Shown: piece by piece, positions 55,915 through 64,000 of the stretch
Numbering within the stretch: the stretch's first letter is position 1
How the letters are laid out: each line of letters begins with the position of its first letter
Source of the DNA: an uncultured Pseudanabaenaceae cyanobacterium
GTDB lineage: Bacteria > Cyanobacteriota > Cyanobacteriia > Pseudanabaenales > Pseudanabaenaceae
Length of the DNA stretch: 64,000 nucleotides
Direction of reading: 5' to 3'
Assembly (NCBI GenBank): GCA_937927915.1
Contig: CALGKB010000011.1
Span: 76,632 to 140,631, forward strand
Translations under genes and position numbers: made by a program
The notes under the pieces: model-generated
The model's input: only the letters and a program-made list of their open reading frames with translations
Databases searched by the model: none
Told to the model about the DNA's origin: nothing

Positions 55915-57406
55915 CCCCTAAGAGCTGCTGTACTGTCCCCAGTAATTCTCCCTCTGGACAAGCTACTAATTTCCCCTGCCTAGGGGTAGGAGTGCTCCCC
56001 TGGCGTACCACGATCGGTATGGAGCGCAAGTAACTGTGGGGGTAAACCCGCGTGAGCATTTCTATCTGCCCTAGCACTGCCAACTGGGGCTGCCAGAGGG
56101 GGGCAAGTTGTTCCGCCTGTTCCACATCGTCGACGGTCATACAACAGAAGGGCAAGCTATTTATCTCCCCCCAATCCTGGCAGGCAATACAGAGGATTTT
56201 CCGGCTCTTGCTAGGTAAAAACGCTCTCACTTGGTCACCGCTAATGTGGTGATAGAGTTTGAGGGGAATCGACCGGCAGTGGCTGTCCTGGTGCAACAGG
56301 TAGCGCATATCCCTTCCCCCTAGGACAGGCAGGTCATAGTTGGCAAAAATACAGGCGGGGCGGAACTGGCGGGCTTTCTCTAGGGCCTCAATTCCCGAGC
56401 GAGCAATGACGGGGAAAAACTGCGCTTGGCTCACAGCGTTAGCGATCGTGGCAATTTGTTGGGAGTCCACCTCAGCAATCAGGACTAGCTGGCAGTAGGG
56501 ACAACTGGGGGGGGCAGCGGGTAACAGCAAGGTAAACTCACTACCTTTACCCACCTGGGAGCGAAAGGTGACATCTCCCCCATGCAAACGCGCCAGATGG
56601 CGGGTGAGGATCAGTCCCAACCCCGTACCGCCTACATGCCTTACCCTGGGATTCTCCACCTGCTGAAATTTCTGAAACAGGCGTGCCTGGTCTGCATCAG
56701 CAATGCCCTTGCCCCTGTCCCACACCGTGAAGGCAATCCAGTCCTGCCATGCTTCTACCCTGATCCCCACCTCTGGTAGGCGGTCCTTGCCACCAAAGCG
56801 ACAGGCATTGTGTAGGAGATGCCCCAACATCTGCTGCAGACGGGAGGGGTCTGCCACGATCGTGTCAATACCGGGGGCAATGTCCAAACTAATGGGGGGG
56901 ACAGAGGGCAAGTCCTGTTGTGGCAGCTGTTGGATCACCTGCTGGCAGAGGGTAGCTACCTTAATTGGGGTGAGATAGAGCTTTAGCTGTCCCATTTCCG
57001 CCTGGGTGACATCCACCATTGTATTGATCACCTGGGCTAATCGATGCCCGCTGCGGTGGATAGTTTGCAGATAGTGCCGCTGTTGCTCCGTCAGATGGGC
57101 GTGCAGTTGCTGCTGCAGAATTTCCGTCATAGCCAACACTACCGTCAAGGGCGATCGCAATTCATGGGTGACACAGGCTAAAAACTCATTCTTCATGCGT
57201 TCCAGTTGAGCACGAGAAGTTAAACCCGCCCGCGGTTGCGCGATCGTGACCTCCATGCCACTGAGGTTTTCCTGGTGTAATTCCCAATCGCTGCTGGAGA
57301 ATTCCCCTAGACGCTGCCACAATTGATTAGTAATAATACCTAAGTCGCTCCGCACCATCACAGGCAGAGGCAAAGCTTCCAGAAATGGCTGCAGGTCAAA
57401 TTGCAT
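55892..57406 (-). CDS. hybrid sensor histidine kinase with degenerate C-terminal receiver-like modules
   Basis: 504 aa. H-box CVTHELRSPL; N, G1 and G2 boxes (GTGLGLILTRHLARLHGG). A REC-like segment follows (..IFANYDLPVLGG..), then a second segment lacking an obvious acceptor Asp. Confidence 0.8.
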   Translation of the reverse strand: MQFDLQPFLEALPLPVMVRSDLGIITNQLWQRLGEFSSSDWELHQENLSGMEVTIAQPRAGLTSRAQLERMKNEFLACVTHELRSPLTVVLAMTEILQQQLHAHLTEQQRHYLQTIHRSGHRLAQVINTMVDVTQAEMGQLKLYLTPIKVATLCQQVIQQLPQQDLPSVPPISLDIAPGIDTIVADPSRLQQMLGHLLHNACRFGGKDRLPEVGIRVEAWQDWIAFTVWDRGKGIADADQARLFQKFQQVENPRVRHVGGTGLGLILTRHLARLHGGDVTFRSQVGKGSEFTLLLPAAPPSCPYCQLVLIAEVDSQQIATIANAVSQAQFFPVIARSGIEALEKARQFRPACIFANYDLPVLGGRDMRYLLHQDSHCRSIPLKLYHHISGDQVRAFLPSKSRKILCIACQDWGEINSLPFCCMTVDDVEQAEQLAPLWQPQLAVLGQIEMLTRVYPHSYLRSIPIVVRQGSTPTPRQGKLVACPEGELLGTVQQLLGVIPPGRS

Positions 57407-57706
57407 ATCAACTGCCTCAGTTGTTTTTATTTTGCCCCCCTTTTGCTAGAGAAGCAAAAACTACAGAATTTAGATAGAAACTTGTTAAGTTGTATTGCAA
57501 TGCCCTACCAGCATGGAAATTGCAGGCAAGCTTTTATTAGTACAGCCTGGACAAGAGGCGTTGCACGGTTTGACATTAGCAAGGCGGGCAAGTGCCCTAT
57601 GGGCAGTGAACGGCATCTACTGCATAGACAGGCAGCCCCAGATATTGCTGACAGGAATTAAGCAAACCTAAGTTAAGATGCAAGTATCGCTTTTAACAAA
57701 AATTGC

Positions 57707-57955
57707 ATGGTTGAGCGCCCCATCAAAAAATCCGACCTGCCGCCCCCAGAGACAAGGGCAGATCTGCCGCCCCAAGCAGCAGGAGAACGCAAAGAACGTC
57801 GCCCCCGCCATCGGAAGCAGAAGAAAGAACCACCCGACCCTGCCATACCCCCCGCCCTGGTGCGCGGTCCCAAACCCCAGCCGAAAAAGGAAGTGCCCCC
57901 CCCAGAACCAGAGACTACAGCTGAGCCAGAAGCAACGGCAGGTACCGAAGGTTAA
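57707..57955 (+). CDS. hypothetical Pro/Lys/Glu-rich low-complexity protein
   Basis: 82 aa with an ATG start. One of three overlapping ORFs in this GC- and Pro-rich stretch. No Shine-Dalgarno and no family recognised. Confidence 0.3.
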   Translation: MVERPIKKSDLPPPETRADLPPQAAGERKERRPRHRKQKKEPPDPAIPPALVRGPKPQPKKEVPPPEPETTAEPEATAGTEG

Positions 57956-57988
57956 CTTCTATAATGAAGTAACACTACAGCGGACTGG

Positions 57989-60031
57989 ATGGAAACCCTA
58001 GAACTCCTTGAATGGCAACGTCTATGTAAGCATCTTGCCACCTTTGCCGCCACTAAGCTGGGTAAAAATCGCGCCCTGGCGCTGACCATACCAGACACGA
58101 TCGAGGCTAGTCAAATCCTGTTACAACAGACAGCGGAATGCTATCGCCTAGATGCAGTGGTGCCAGGGGGACTCTCCCTGGAGGGAATTCGGGACATCAG
58201 TGATGCCGTCAAGCGGGCAGACAAGCAGGGGACTCTCTCCGCTCTGGAACTGGTGGATATTGCCAGTACCCTCAGGGGAGTGCGGCAGCTGCGCCGTAGC
58301 TTAGAAAATCGCGATGGCTTTCCCCTCCTGCAAAGTATGGTGGCGGATTTGCGTACCTACCCCGAACTAGAGCAGGCAATCTATCACTGCATTGATGAGA
58401 GTGGTACTGTCCTAGAGCGAGCTTCCGAGAAATTAGCCAGCATCCGCCAAAGTCTGCGCACCCTCAAGGAGCATATCTGGCAAACTCTGCAGTCCCTCAT
58501 ACAACGCAAAGCCGCTGCCCTCCAGGAATTGGTCATCACCCAAAGAAACGATCGCTATGTCCTTGCTGTCAAAGCCAGCCACAAAGACCAAATTCCCGGC
58601 GTTGTCCACGACAGTTCCAGCAGCGGCATGACCCTGTTTGTGGAGCCAGAAGGACTTGTTGCAAAAAATAATCAATTGCGGCAACTGCAGGCACAGGAAG
58701 AACGGGAAATTGCCCAGATACTGCGCCACCTCAGCGCAAAAGTCACCGCTGTTGCCCCCGACCTGCTGCGCCTAGTGGAAGTGGTGACCACGATCGATTT
58801 AGCCCTAGCCCGCGCCCGCTATGCCTATTGGTTAGAGGCATCCCCTCCCCAGTTTAGCGATCGGGATACCCCCATCACCCTGCAGCAACTGCGCCATCCC
58901 CTCCTGGTGTGGCAGGAACGCTACGAACAGGGACATCCCGTCGTTCCCATCGACATCAAAATTCCCCCTACGATCACCGCCGTTGTCATCACTGGTCCCA
59001 ACACAGGGGGGAAGACCGCCACCCTCAAGACCTTTGGCTTAGCTGCCCTCATGGCAAAGGCAGGGCTATTCATTCCCGCCCAGGAACCCGTCTGTCTGCC
59101 CTGGTTTGATCATGTCCTAGCAGACATCGGCGATGAGCAATCCCTAGAACAAAACCTCTCCACCTTTTCTGGGCATATTACCCGCATCATCCGCATTTTG
59201 CAGCAAACCACCCCCCAATCCCTCGTGCTTCTGGACGAAGTGGGAGCGGGTACCGACCCTACGGAAGGCAGTGCCCTTGCCGCCGCCCTCCTGGAACATT
59301 TCGCTGCTCATGCCCGCCTTACCATTGCCACCACTCACTTTGGCGAACTCAAGGCACTCAAATACCGTGACCCCCGCTTTGAAAACGCCTCTGTGGAATT
59401 TGACGATGTCTCCCTCGCCCCCACCTACCGCCTCCTGTGGGGCATCCCTGGACGATCGAAGGCATTGATCATCGCCCAGCGTTTGGGCTTACCCCCCGCC
59501 ATTCTGGCACGGGCCCAGGCACAAGTGGGCTTGGGGACAGAAGAAATCAACCGTGTCATCACAGCCCTAGAACAGCAGCGGCGGGAACAGGAACAAAAAA
59601 CCGCCCTTGTTACCCAACTGCTGCAGGATACAGAACGCTTGCACCAGGAAATCCTTCTCAAGTCGGGCAATCTGCGCACCCAGTACCAAGACCTCCGCCG
59701 CCAGCAGGAACAGGAAGTCAAACAAGCGATCGCCCAGGCAAAGAAGGAGATCGCCCGCGTCATCCGCAAACTGCAAAACAGCAACCAAACAGTGGAAGAT
59801 GTGCAGTGGGCAGAAAAACAGTTAGAAGAATTGCAAAAACGCCATCTTCCCCCTCCTCCCCCTACCCCAGAGCAAACCTATGTCCCCCAGGTGGGCGATC
59901 GGGTAAAAATTTTGCCCCTGGACAAGGTAGGGCAAGTGCTCACTCCTCCCAATGGGGCAGGGGAAATCTCTGTGCGGCTGGGCACTCTGAAAATGACCCT
60001 CCCCTGCAAAGATGTAGCACCTCTACCCTAA
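57989..60031 (+). CDS. mutS2: MutS2-family protein lacking the C-terminal Smr domain
   Basis: 680 aa. Walker A GPNTGGKT, DEVGAGTDP, long coiled coil, then a KOW-like segment (VGDRVKILPLDKVGQVL). The ORF stops there. Confidence 0.85.
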   Translation: METLELLEWQRLCKHLATFAATKLGKNRALALTIPDTIEASQILLQQTAECYRLDAVVPGGLSLEGIRDISDAVKRADKQGTLSALELVDIASTLRGVRQLRRSLENRDGFPLLQSMVADLRTYPELEQAIYHCIDESGTVLERASEKLASIRQSLRTLKEHIWQTLQSLIQRKAAALQELVITQRNDRYVLAVKASHKDQIPGVVHDSSSSGMTLFVEPEGLVAKNNQLRQLQAQEEREIAQILRHLSAKVTAVAPDLLRLVEVVTTIDLALARARYAYWLEASPPQFSDRDTPITLQQLRHPLLVWQERYEQGHPVVPIDIKIPPTITAVVITGPNTGGKTATLKTFGLAALMAKAGLFIPAQEPVCLPWFDHVLADIGDEQSLEQNLSTFSGHITRIIRILQQTTPQSLVLLDEVGAGTDPTEGSALAAALLEHFAAHARLTIATTHFGELKALKYRDPRFENASVEFDDVSLAPTYRLLWGIPGRSKALIIAQRLGLPPAILARAQAQVGLGTEEINRVITALEQQRREQEQKTALVTQLLQDTERLHQEILLKSGNLRTQYQDLRRQQEQEVKQAIAQAKKEIARVIRKLQNSNQTVEDVQWAEKQLEELQKRHLPPPPPTPEQTYVPQVGDRVKILPLDKVGQVLTPPNGAGEISVRLGTLKMTLPCKDVAPLP

Positions 60032-60145
60032 ATTTGGCAAAAGTAGTAGCCACATTCGGCAAGTTGGTGTATGCTAACACGGGATTAGACAGTGCTTCTC
60101 CTGGCAAATTTGCCTGCCTTTGTCCCTATTCCGACAGGAAAGACT

Positions 60146-60988
60146 ATGATGCGCAAGTTTTTGTCTCTAGTTTCTGCCACCTGTGCGGGAGCCGTCCTAG
60201 CTACTGATTCTGTCCTTGCCAAGGCTAACCGCTTAGAAACTTTTGTTTTTAACCTCTCAGAGAATCGCATTGAGTTTTCCACCCAGGCAGCAGTACAGCC
60301 CAAGGGCATGGTGATTACTGACCCCACTCGCCTAGTCATAGATTTGCCTGGCACAGTTTTCCATCGCCCTACGGTCAAACGCCCGATCGGTAACCCTATC
60401 CAGGAAGTGCGTGTGGGGCAGCCGGAGCCAGGTACTACCCGCTTGGTAGTGGAATTTGCCCCGGATTTTCAGATGGGCAACGAACCCCTGTATCTCACGC
60501 CCCTCAGCCCCAAACATTGGTCAGTGCAACTGCCAAGCCAAGTGGCAGCCCTCCAGCAACGGGCGCGGAGTAGTTTTATTTGGCCCCTCATCGGCGAATT
60601 AACTGCTGGCTTTGGCTGGCGCATCCATCCCATCAGCGGGGAAAAACGTTTACACAAAGGTATTGACATAGCTGCCCCCATTGGTACTCCCATTTTTGCT
60701 GCCGCCGATGGTGTAGTGAAAGAAGCGGGTTGGGATGACAGTGGCTATGGCAACAAAGTGGTGATTAAGCATTTTGACGGCACGGAAACCCTCTATGCCC
60801 ACACCAACCGCTTGTTTGTGAGCGTGGGGCAAACAGTCAAGCAGGGACAACCGATTGCTGAAGTAGGAAGCACAGGGAGGAGCACAGGACCTCATCTACA
60901 TTTTGAAGTCCTCAAGGAAGAACAGCTCCTCGACCCTCTGGCAGTCCTACCCCTGCGCTATATCTTGTTTGATGTGGCGGCTAGCTAA
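60146..60988 (+). CDS. M23-family metallopeptidase with an N-terminal AMIN-like domain
   Basis: I prefer the ATG at 60146 (MMRKFLSLVSATCAG.. signal; AGGAA upstream). LVIDLPGT..VRVGQ resembles AMIN. M23 motifs HKGIDIAAP and GSTGRSTGPHLHFEV. Confidence 0.85.
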   Translation: MMRKFLSLVSATCAGAVLATDSVLAKANRLETFVFNLSENRIEFSTQAAVQPKGMVITDPTRLVIDLPGTVFHRPTVKRPIGNPIQEVRVGQPEPGTTRLVVEFAPDFQMGNEPLYLTPLSPKHWSVQLPSQVAALQQRARSSFIWPLIGELTAGFGWRIHPISGEKRLHKGIDIAAPIGTPIFAAADGVVKEAGWDDSGYGNKVVIKHFDGTETLYAHTNRLFVSVGQTVKQGQPIAEVGSTGRSTGPHLHFEVLKEEQLLDPLAVLPLRYILFDVAAS

Positions 60989-60990
60989 AC

Positions 60991-61179
60991 CTACATAGGG
61001 CGACGGAAGCGGTTGCGGCGGCGGGCATTCTCTGCCTTGCGCTTGCGCTTTTCCGCTGGTGTTTCGTAGTGCTGACAACGTCTGACATCAGCAATTAAAC
61101 CTGCTTTTTGGATTTTCTTTTTGAAACGGCGCAGTGCCGACTCGATCCCTTCGTTTTCCCCGACAATGATTTGGGTCAT
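60991..61179 (-). CDS. rpsU: 30S ribosomal protein S21
   Basis: 62 aa. [29 protein letters not shown]. Confidence 0.92.
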   Translation of the reverse strand: MTQIIVGENEGIESALRRFKKKIQKAGLIADVRRCQHYETPAEKRKRKAENARRRNRFRRPM

Positions 61180-61452
61180 ACCATCCTTTTACTAGATTGC
61201 CTACCTATTATAAACTAAATCCCTCCCCCCGCTTAGGGATCGCTGGCTACATGAGTATTTCTCCCTAAAATTTCATCCCTCCCTAGAAATATAAAAAAAA
61301 GATTAAGTGATCCCCAGGTTAGCAAAATTTTACGTCACAATGAGTACAGATTCAAACGGGACCAGCTTAATAAAGGTCTTGAAGGTCAAAAACAGTATAA
61401 TATGTCCTGGGGGAGCCTGTTTTTATCCCCCTTTTTGACGTGGGAGTGAGAC

Positions 61453-62025
61453 TTGCACCTAGAGGAGATTTTGGCGGGCTATAGCCAGGGTTATTTCCTC
61501 ATGGCGGATGAAGGGGGGCAGTTGGGCTGGTATGGCACTAGGGTACGCACTTTGATCCCCCTTGACGATCGGTTTCGCTATCCCAAATCCCTACGCCGTG
61601 CCCTCAATCAGAACTGGTTTACAGTGGGGATGAATCAGGCGTTCGCTGCAGTGGTGGCAGGCTGTGCCGATCGCTCAGACACTTGGATTTCCCCTGAACT
61701 GCAGGAGATTTACGGCGAGTTGCGGCGGTGGGGCTATGCCCATAGTTTTGAGACCTGGCAGGGGGAGCAGTTGGCGGGGGGCATTTTGGGGATCACCATT
61801 GGGTGTGCCTTTATTGGAGAGTCCATGTTTTACCGCATTCCCGAAGGTTCCAAGGTGGCGATGGTGAAGTTAGTGGAGCATTTGCGGGCGCGGCAGTTTC
61901 TGCTCTTTGATGCCCAGTTGATGAATCCCCATCTTGCCCGCTTTGGTGCCTACGAAATCCCCGATCGGGAATATCGTCAACTACTGCAGGTGGCAATCCA
62001 GGGCAAATGCCGCTTTTGCGACTAA
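61453..62025 (+). CDS. aat: leucyl/phenylalanyl-tRNA--protein transferase
   Basis: 190 aa. [19 protein letters not shown]...GYAHS.E.W and GESMF blocks. TTG start; an upstream in-frame ATG is blocked by a TGA. Confidence 0.85.
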   Translation: MHLEEILAGYSQGYFLMADEGGQLGWYGTRVRTLIPLDDRFRYPKSLRRALNQNWFTVGMNQAFAAVVAGCADRSDTWISPELQEIYGELRRWGYAHSFETWQGEQLAGGILGITIGCAFIGESMFYRIPEGSKVAMVKLVEHLRARQFLLFDAQLMNPHLARFGAYEIPDREYRQLLQVAIQGKCRFCD

Positions 62026-62056
62026 AAAGGAGCCGATCTCAGCTCCCAGGTTCTAA

Positions 62057-64000
62057 CTAGCATTCCCGCCCGTAAGGCCACTTCCAGTTCGTGATCTCCT
62101 CCTTGTCAATGCCGTGCTCCCGCGCATAGTTGAGGTTTTCAATGATGGCGTTCTTCATCCGCTCCTTGACATAGGCAGCCCGCGACTGTAACTTCGGCAC
62201 CCGATCGATGACATCGATGACCAGGTTAAACCGATCGATTTGGTTGCGGATAGCCAGTTCTAGGGGCGTGTTGATATTCCCCTCCTCCTTGTAGCCCCGC
62301 ACATGGATACGCTCTTGGTTAGTACGGCGGTAGGTGAGCTTGTGGATAAGCCAAGGGTAGCCGTGGAAATTAAAAATAACCGGCTTGTCAGGAGTAAAGA
62401 GGGTATCAAAATCCCGATCGGAGAGACCGTGGGGGTGCTCCGTTTCCGGTTGCAACTTGAACAAATCCACCACATTGATAAAGCGCACCTTCAGTTCTGG
62501 AAATTCCTCCCGCAGGATTGCCGTTGCCGCCAGGGACTCCATGGTGGGAATATCACCACAGCAAGCCATTACCACATCGGGTACATCCGGCTCCTTGCCG
62601 CAGTCGTCGTTGCTAGCCCATTCCCAGATACCGATCCCCTTCGTGCAGTGCTTAATTGCTTCCTCCATTGTCAGGTACTGCAGGTGCATTTGCTTATCCG
62701 CCACGATAACATTGACATAGCCCTTGCTGCGCAGACAGTGGTCAGTGACGGAGAGGAGACAGTTGGCATCTGGGGGCAGATAGATACGGGTGACCGCCGC
62801 ACTCTTGTTGGTGATGAGGTCAATAAAACCGGGGTCTTGGTGACTAAAGCCATTGTGGTCTTGCCGCCACACCACCGAGGACAACAGGATATTCAAGGAA
62901 GAAATGGGGGAGCGCCAGGGCACATCATGGCGACAGATGTCCAACCATTTAGCGTGCTGGTTCACCATGGAGTCAATCACGTGGGCAAACGCCTCGTAGG
63001 TGTGGAAGAGTCCGTGCCGCCCTGTTAGGAGATAGCCCTCCAGCCAGCCCTCTAGGGTGTGCTCACTCAGCATTTCCATCACCCGTCCATCGGGGGAGAG
63101 ATGACCGCCATCCTCATCTTCGGGCAAATAGTCCGCCAGCCAAGCTTTCTTAGTCACCTCATAGAGGGGATGCAGCTTATTAGAAGCTGTTTCATCGGGA
63201 CCAAAGACGCGGAAATTGTGCATATTTTTTTTCATCACATCCCGCAGGAAGGTGCCCATGATTTTGGTGTTTTCCGCCTCCACCACCCCGGGGCTGGGGA
63301 CATCAACGGCATAGGCACGAAAATCTGGCATCACTAAATCCTTGCGCACTACCCCCCCATTGGTGACAGGATTGGCACTCATGCGGCGATTGCCCTTAGG
63401 CGCCAGTTCCTTTAATTCCGGACGCAAACGCCCCTTTTCATCAAACAACTCCTCTGGTTTGTAGCTCTTCATCCACTGTTCCAGGAGCCGCAGATGTTCA
63501 GGATTTTGGTGCATCCCCGATAGCGGTACTTGGTGGGAACGCCAGAAACCCTCTACCTTGTGTCCGTCCACCTCCTGGGGACCAGTCCAACCCTTGGGCG
63601 TGCGGAGAACAAGCATGGGCCACTTCGGACGGAAGGGTTTGCCCGTACTCCTAGCCTCCAGCTGGATTTGGCGAATTTGGGTAATACATTCCTCCAGCAC
63701 CCTTGCCATCTTTTGGTGCATCTCCATTGGCTCCGACCCTTCTACAAAGTAGGGGGTATAGCCATAGCCGCGGAAGAGGGACTCCAATTCTTCGTGGGAA
63801 ATACGGGATAACAGGGTGGGGTTAGCAATCTTGTAGCCGTTCAAATGCAAGATGGGCAGCACGGCACCGTCGCGGATGGGGTTGAGGAATTTGTTAGAAT
63901 GCCAGGCTGTTGCCAGGGGTCCCGTTTCCGCTTCTCCGTCTCCCACAACACAGGCGGCAATTAGATCAGGGTTGTCAAAAACAGCGCCAAAGGCATGGGA
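62057..64000 (-). CDS. xfp: xylulose-5-phosphate/fructose-6-phosphate phosphoketolase, N-terminus beyond window
   Basis: The frame stays open from 63946 to 64000 (..[30 protein letters not shown]..), containing the ThDP-binding GDGE motif. The C-terminal ~645 aa lie within the window. Confidence 0.92.
   Translation of the reverse strand, partial: SHAFGAVFDNPDLIAACVVGDGEAETGPLATAWHSNKFLNPIRDGAVLPILHLNGYKIANPTLLSRISHEELESLFRGYGYTPYFVEGSEPMEMHQKMARVLEECITQIRQIQLEARSTGKPFRPKWPMLVLRTPKGWTGPQEVDGHKVEGFWRSHQVPLSGMHQNPEHLRLLEQWMKSYKPEELFDEKGRLRPELKELAPKGNRRMSANPVTNGGVVRKDLVMPDFRAYAVDVPSPGVVEAENTKIMGTFLRDVMKKNMHNFRVFGPDETASNKLHPLYEVTKKAWLADYLPEDEDGGHLSPDGRVMEMLSEHTLEGWLEGYLLTGRHGLFHTYEAFAHVIDSMVNQHAKWLDICRHDVPWRSPISSLNILLSSVVWRQDHNGFSHQDPGFIDLITNKSAAVTRIYLPPDANCLLSVTDHCLRSKGYVNVIVADKQMHLQYLTMEEAIKHCTKGIGIWEWASNDDCGKEPDVPDVVMACCGDIPTMESLAATAILREEFPELKVRFINVVDLFKLQPETEHPHGLSDRDFDTLFTPDKPVIFNFHGYPWLIHKLTYRRTNQERIHVRGYKEEGNINTPLELAIRNQIDRFNLVIDVIDRVPKLQSRAAYVKERMKNAIIENLNYAREHGIDKEEITNWKWPYGREC

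Noticed and set aside
57401-58001. ORFs 57401..57661(+), 57673..57873(-) and 57678..58001(+), which overlap each other and the 82-aa candidate
   Set aside because: They are mutually exclusive frames in a compositionally biased stretch, and none has a family match. Only the ATG-initiated 57707..57955 frame was retained, at low confidence.
59437-60207. 256-aa ORF in an alternative plus-strand frame over the mutS2 3' end, considered as a possible frameshifted Smr domain
   Set aside because: The sequence is P/G/R/S-rich junk with no Smr-like blocks (no LDLRG/HGxG pattern). The mutS2 frame is well supported up to its stop.
1-64000. Search for CRISPR arrays, IS elements/transposases, integrases, prophage genes, toxin-antitoxin pairs, restriction-modification or other defence modules, and rRNA
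   Set aside because: I saw no regularly spaced direct repeats. I saw no DDE/HUH, tyrosine or serine recombinase motifs. No nuclease/helicase/ATPase cluster is present beyond the housekeeping uvrB and mutS2. No rRNA-like sequence was seen. The only methyltransferase is a small-molecule or protein-type class I enzyme.

Overview
A dense stretch of cyanobacterial chromosome, almost entirely core genome. I call about 64 protein genes, two of them below the ORF-track cutoff, plus one tRNA-Asn. I saw no rRNA, no CRISPR array, and no transposase, integrase or phage genes. Cyanobacterial origin is supported by the NDH-1MS CO2-uptake operon (ndhF3-ndhD3-cupA-cupS), petM, ycf23, a cyAbrB regulator, a PedR-like mini-LuxR, an SLH/OprB porin, and extreme enrichment of the HIP1 core CGATCG.

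Housekeeping genes include gnd, rpsA, hisS, tyrA, rpmB, rsmE, argB, tilS, secG, uvrB, fbp, frr, nnr, mutS2, rpsU, aat and a phosphoketolase that runs off the right edge. Accessory-looking loci:
- A fermentation module at 38.5-44 kb: an EAL phosphodiesterase, a redoxin-like/2OG-Fe(II) oxygenase fusion, and pflB-pflA.
- An acr3-arsC arsenic pair with no arsR or arsH.
- A carotenoid cleavage oxygenase next to tRNA-Asn.

I found no obvious defence, mobile or toxin system. The most system-like lead is the O2-consuming oxygenase fusion and the Cys-substituted EAL protein flanking the O2-labile glycyl-radical enzyme pair. Other points:
- Two perfect ATAG-N8-CTAT (NdhR-type) motifs lie in front of ndhF3.
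- Two small genes are absent from the ORF track: petM and a 42-aa ORF.
- MutS2 ends before the Smr nuclease domain.
- At almost every convergent gene junction the two coding regions overlap, leaving no room for an intergenic terminator.

All functional calls rest on motif and family recognition by eye. No database search was run.
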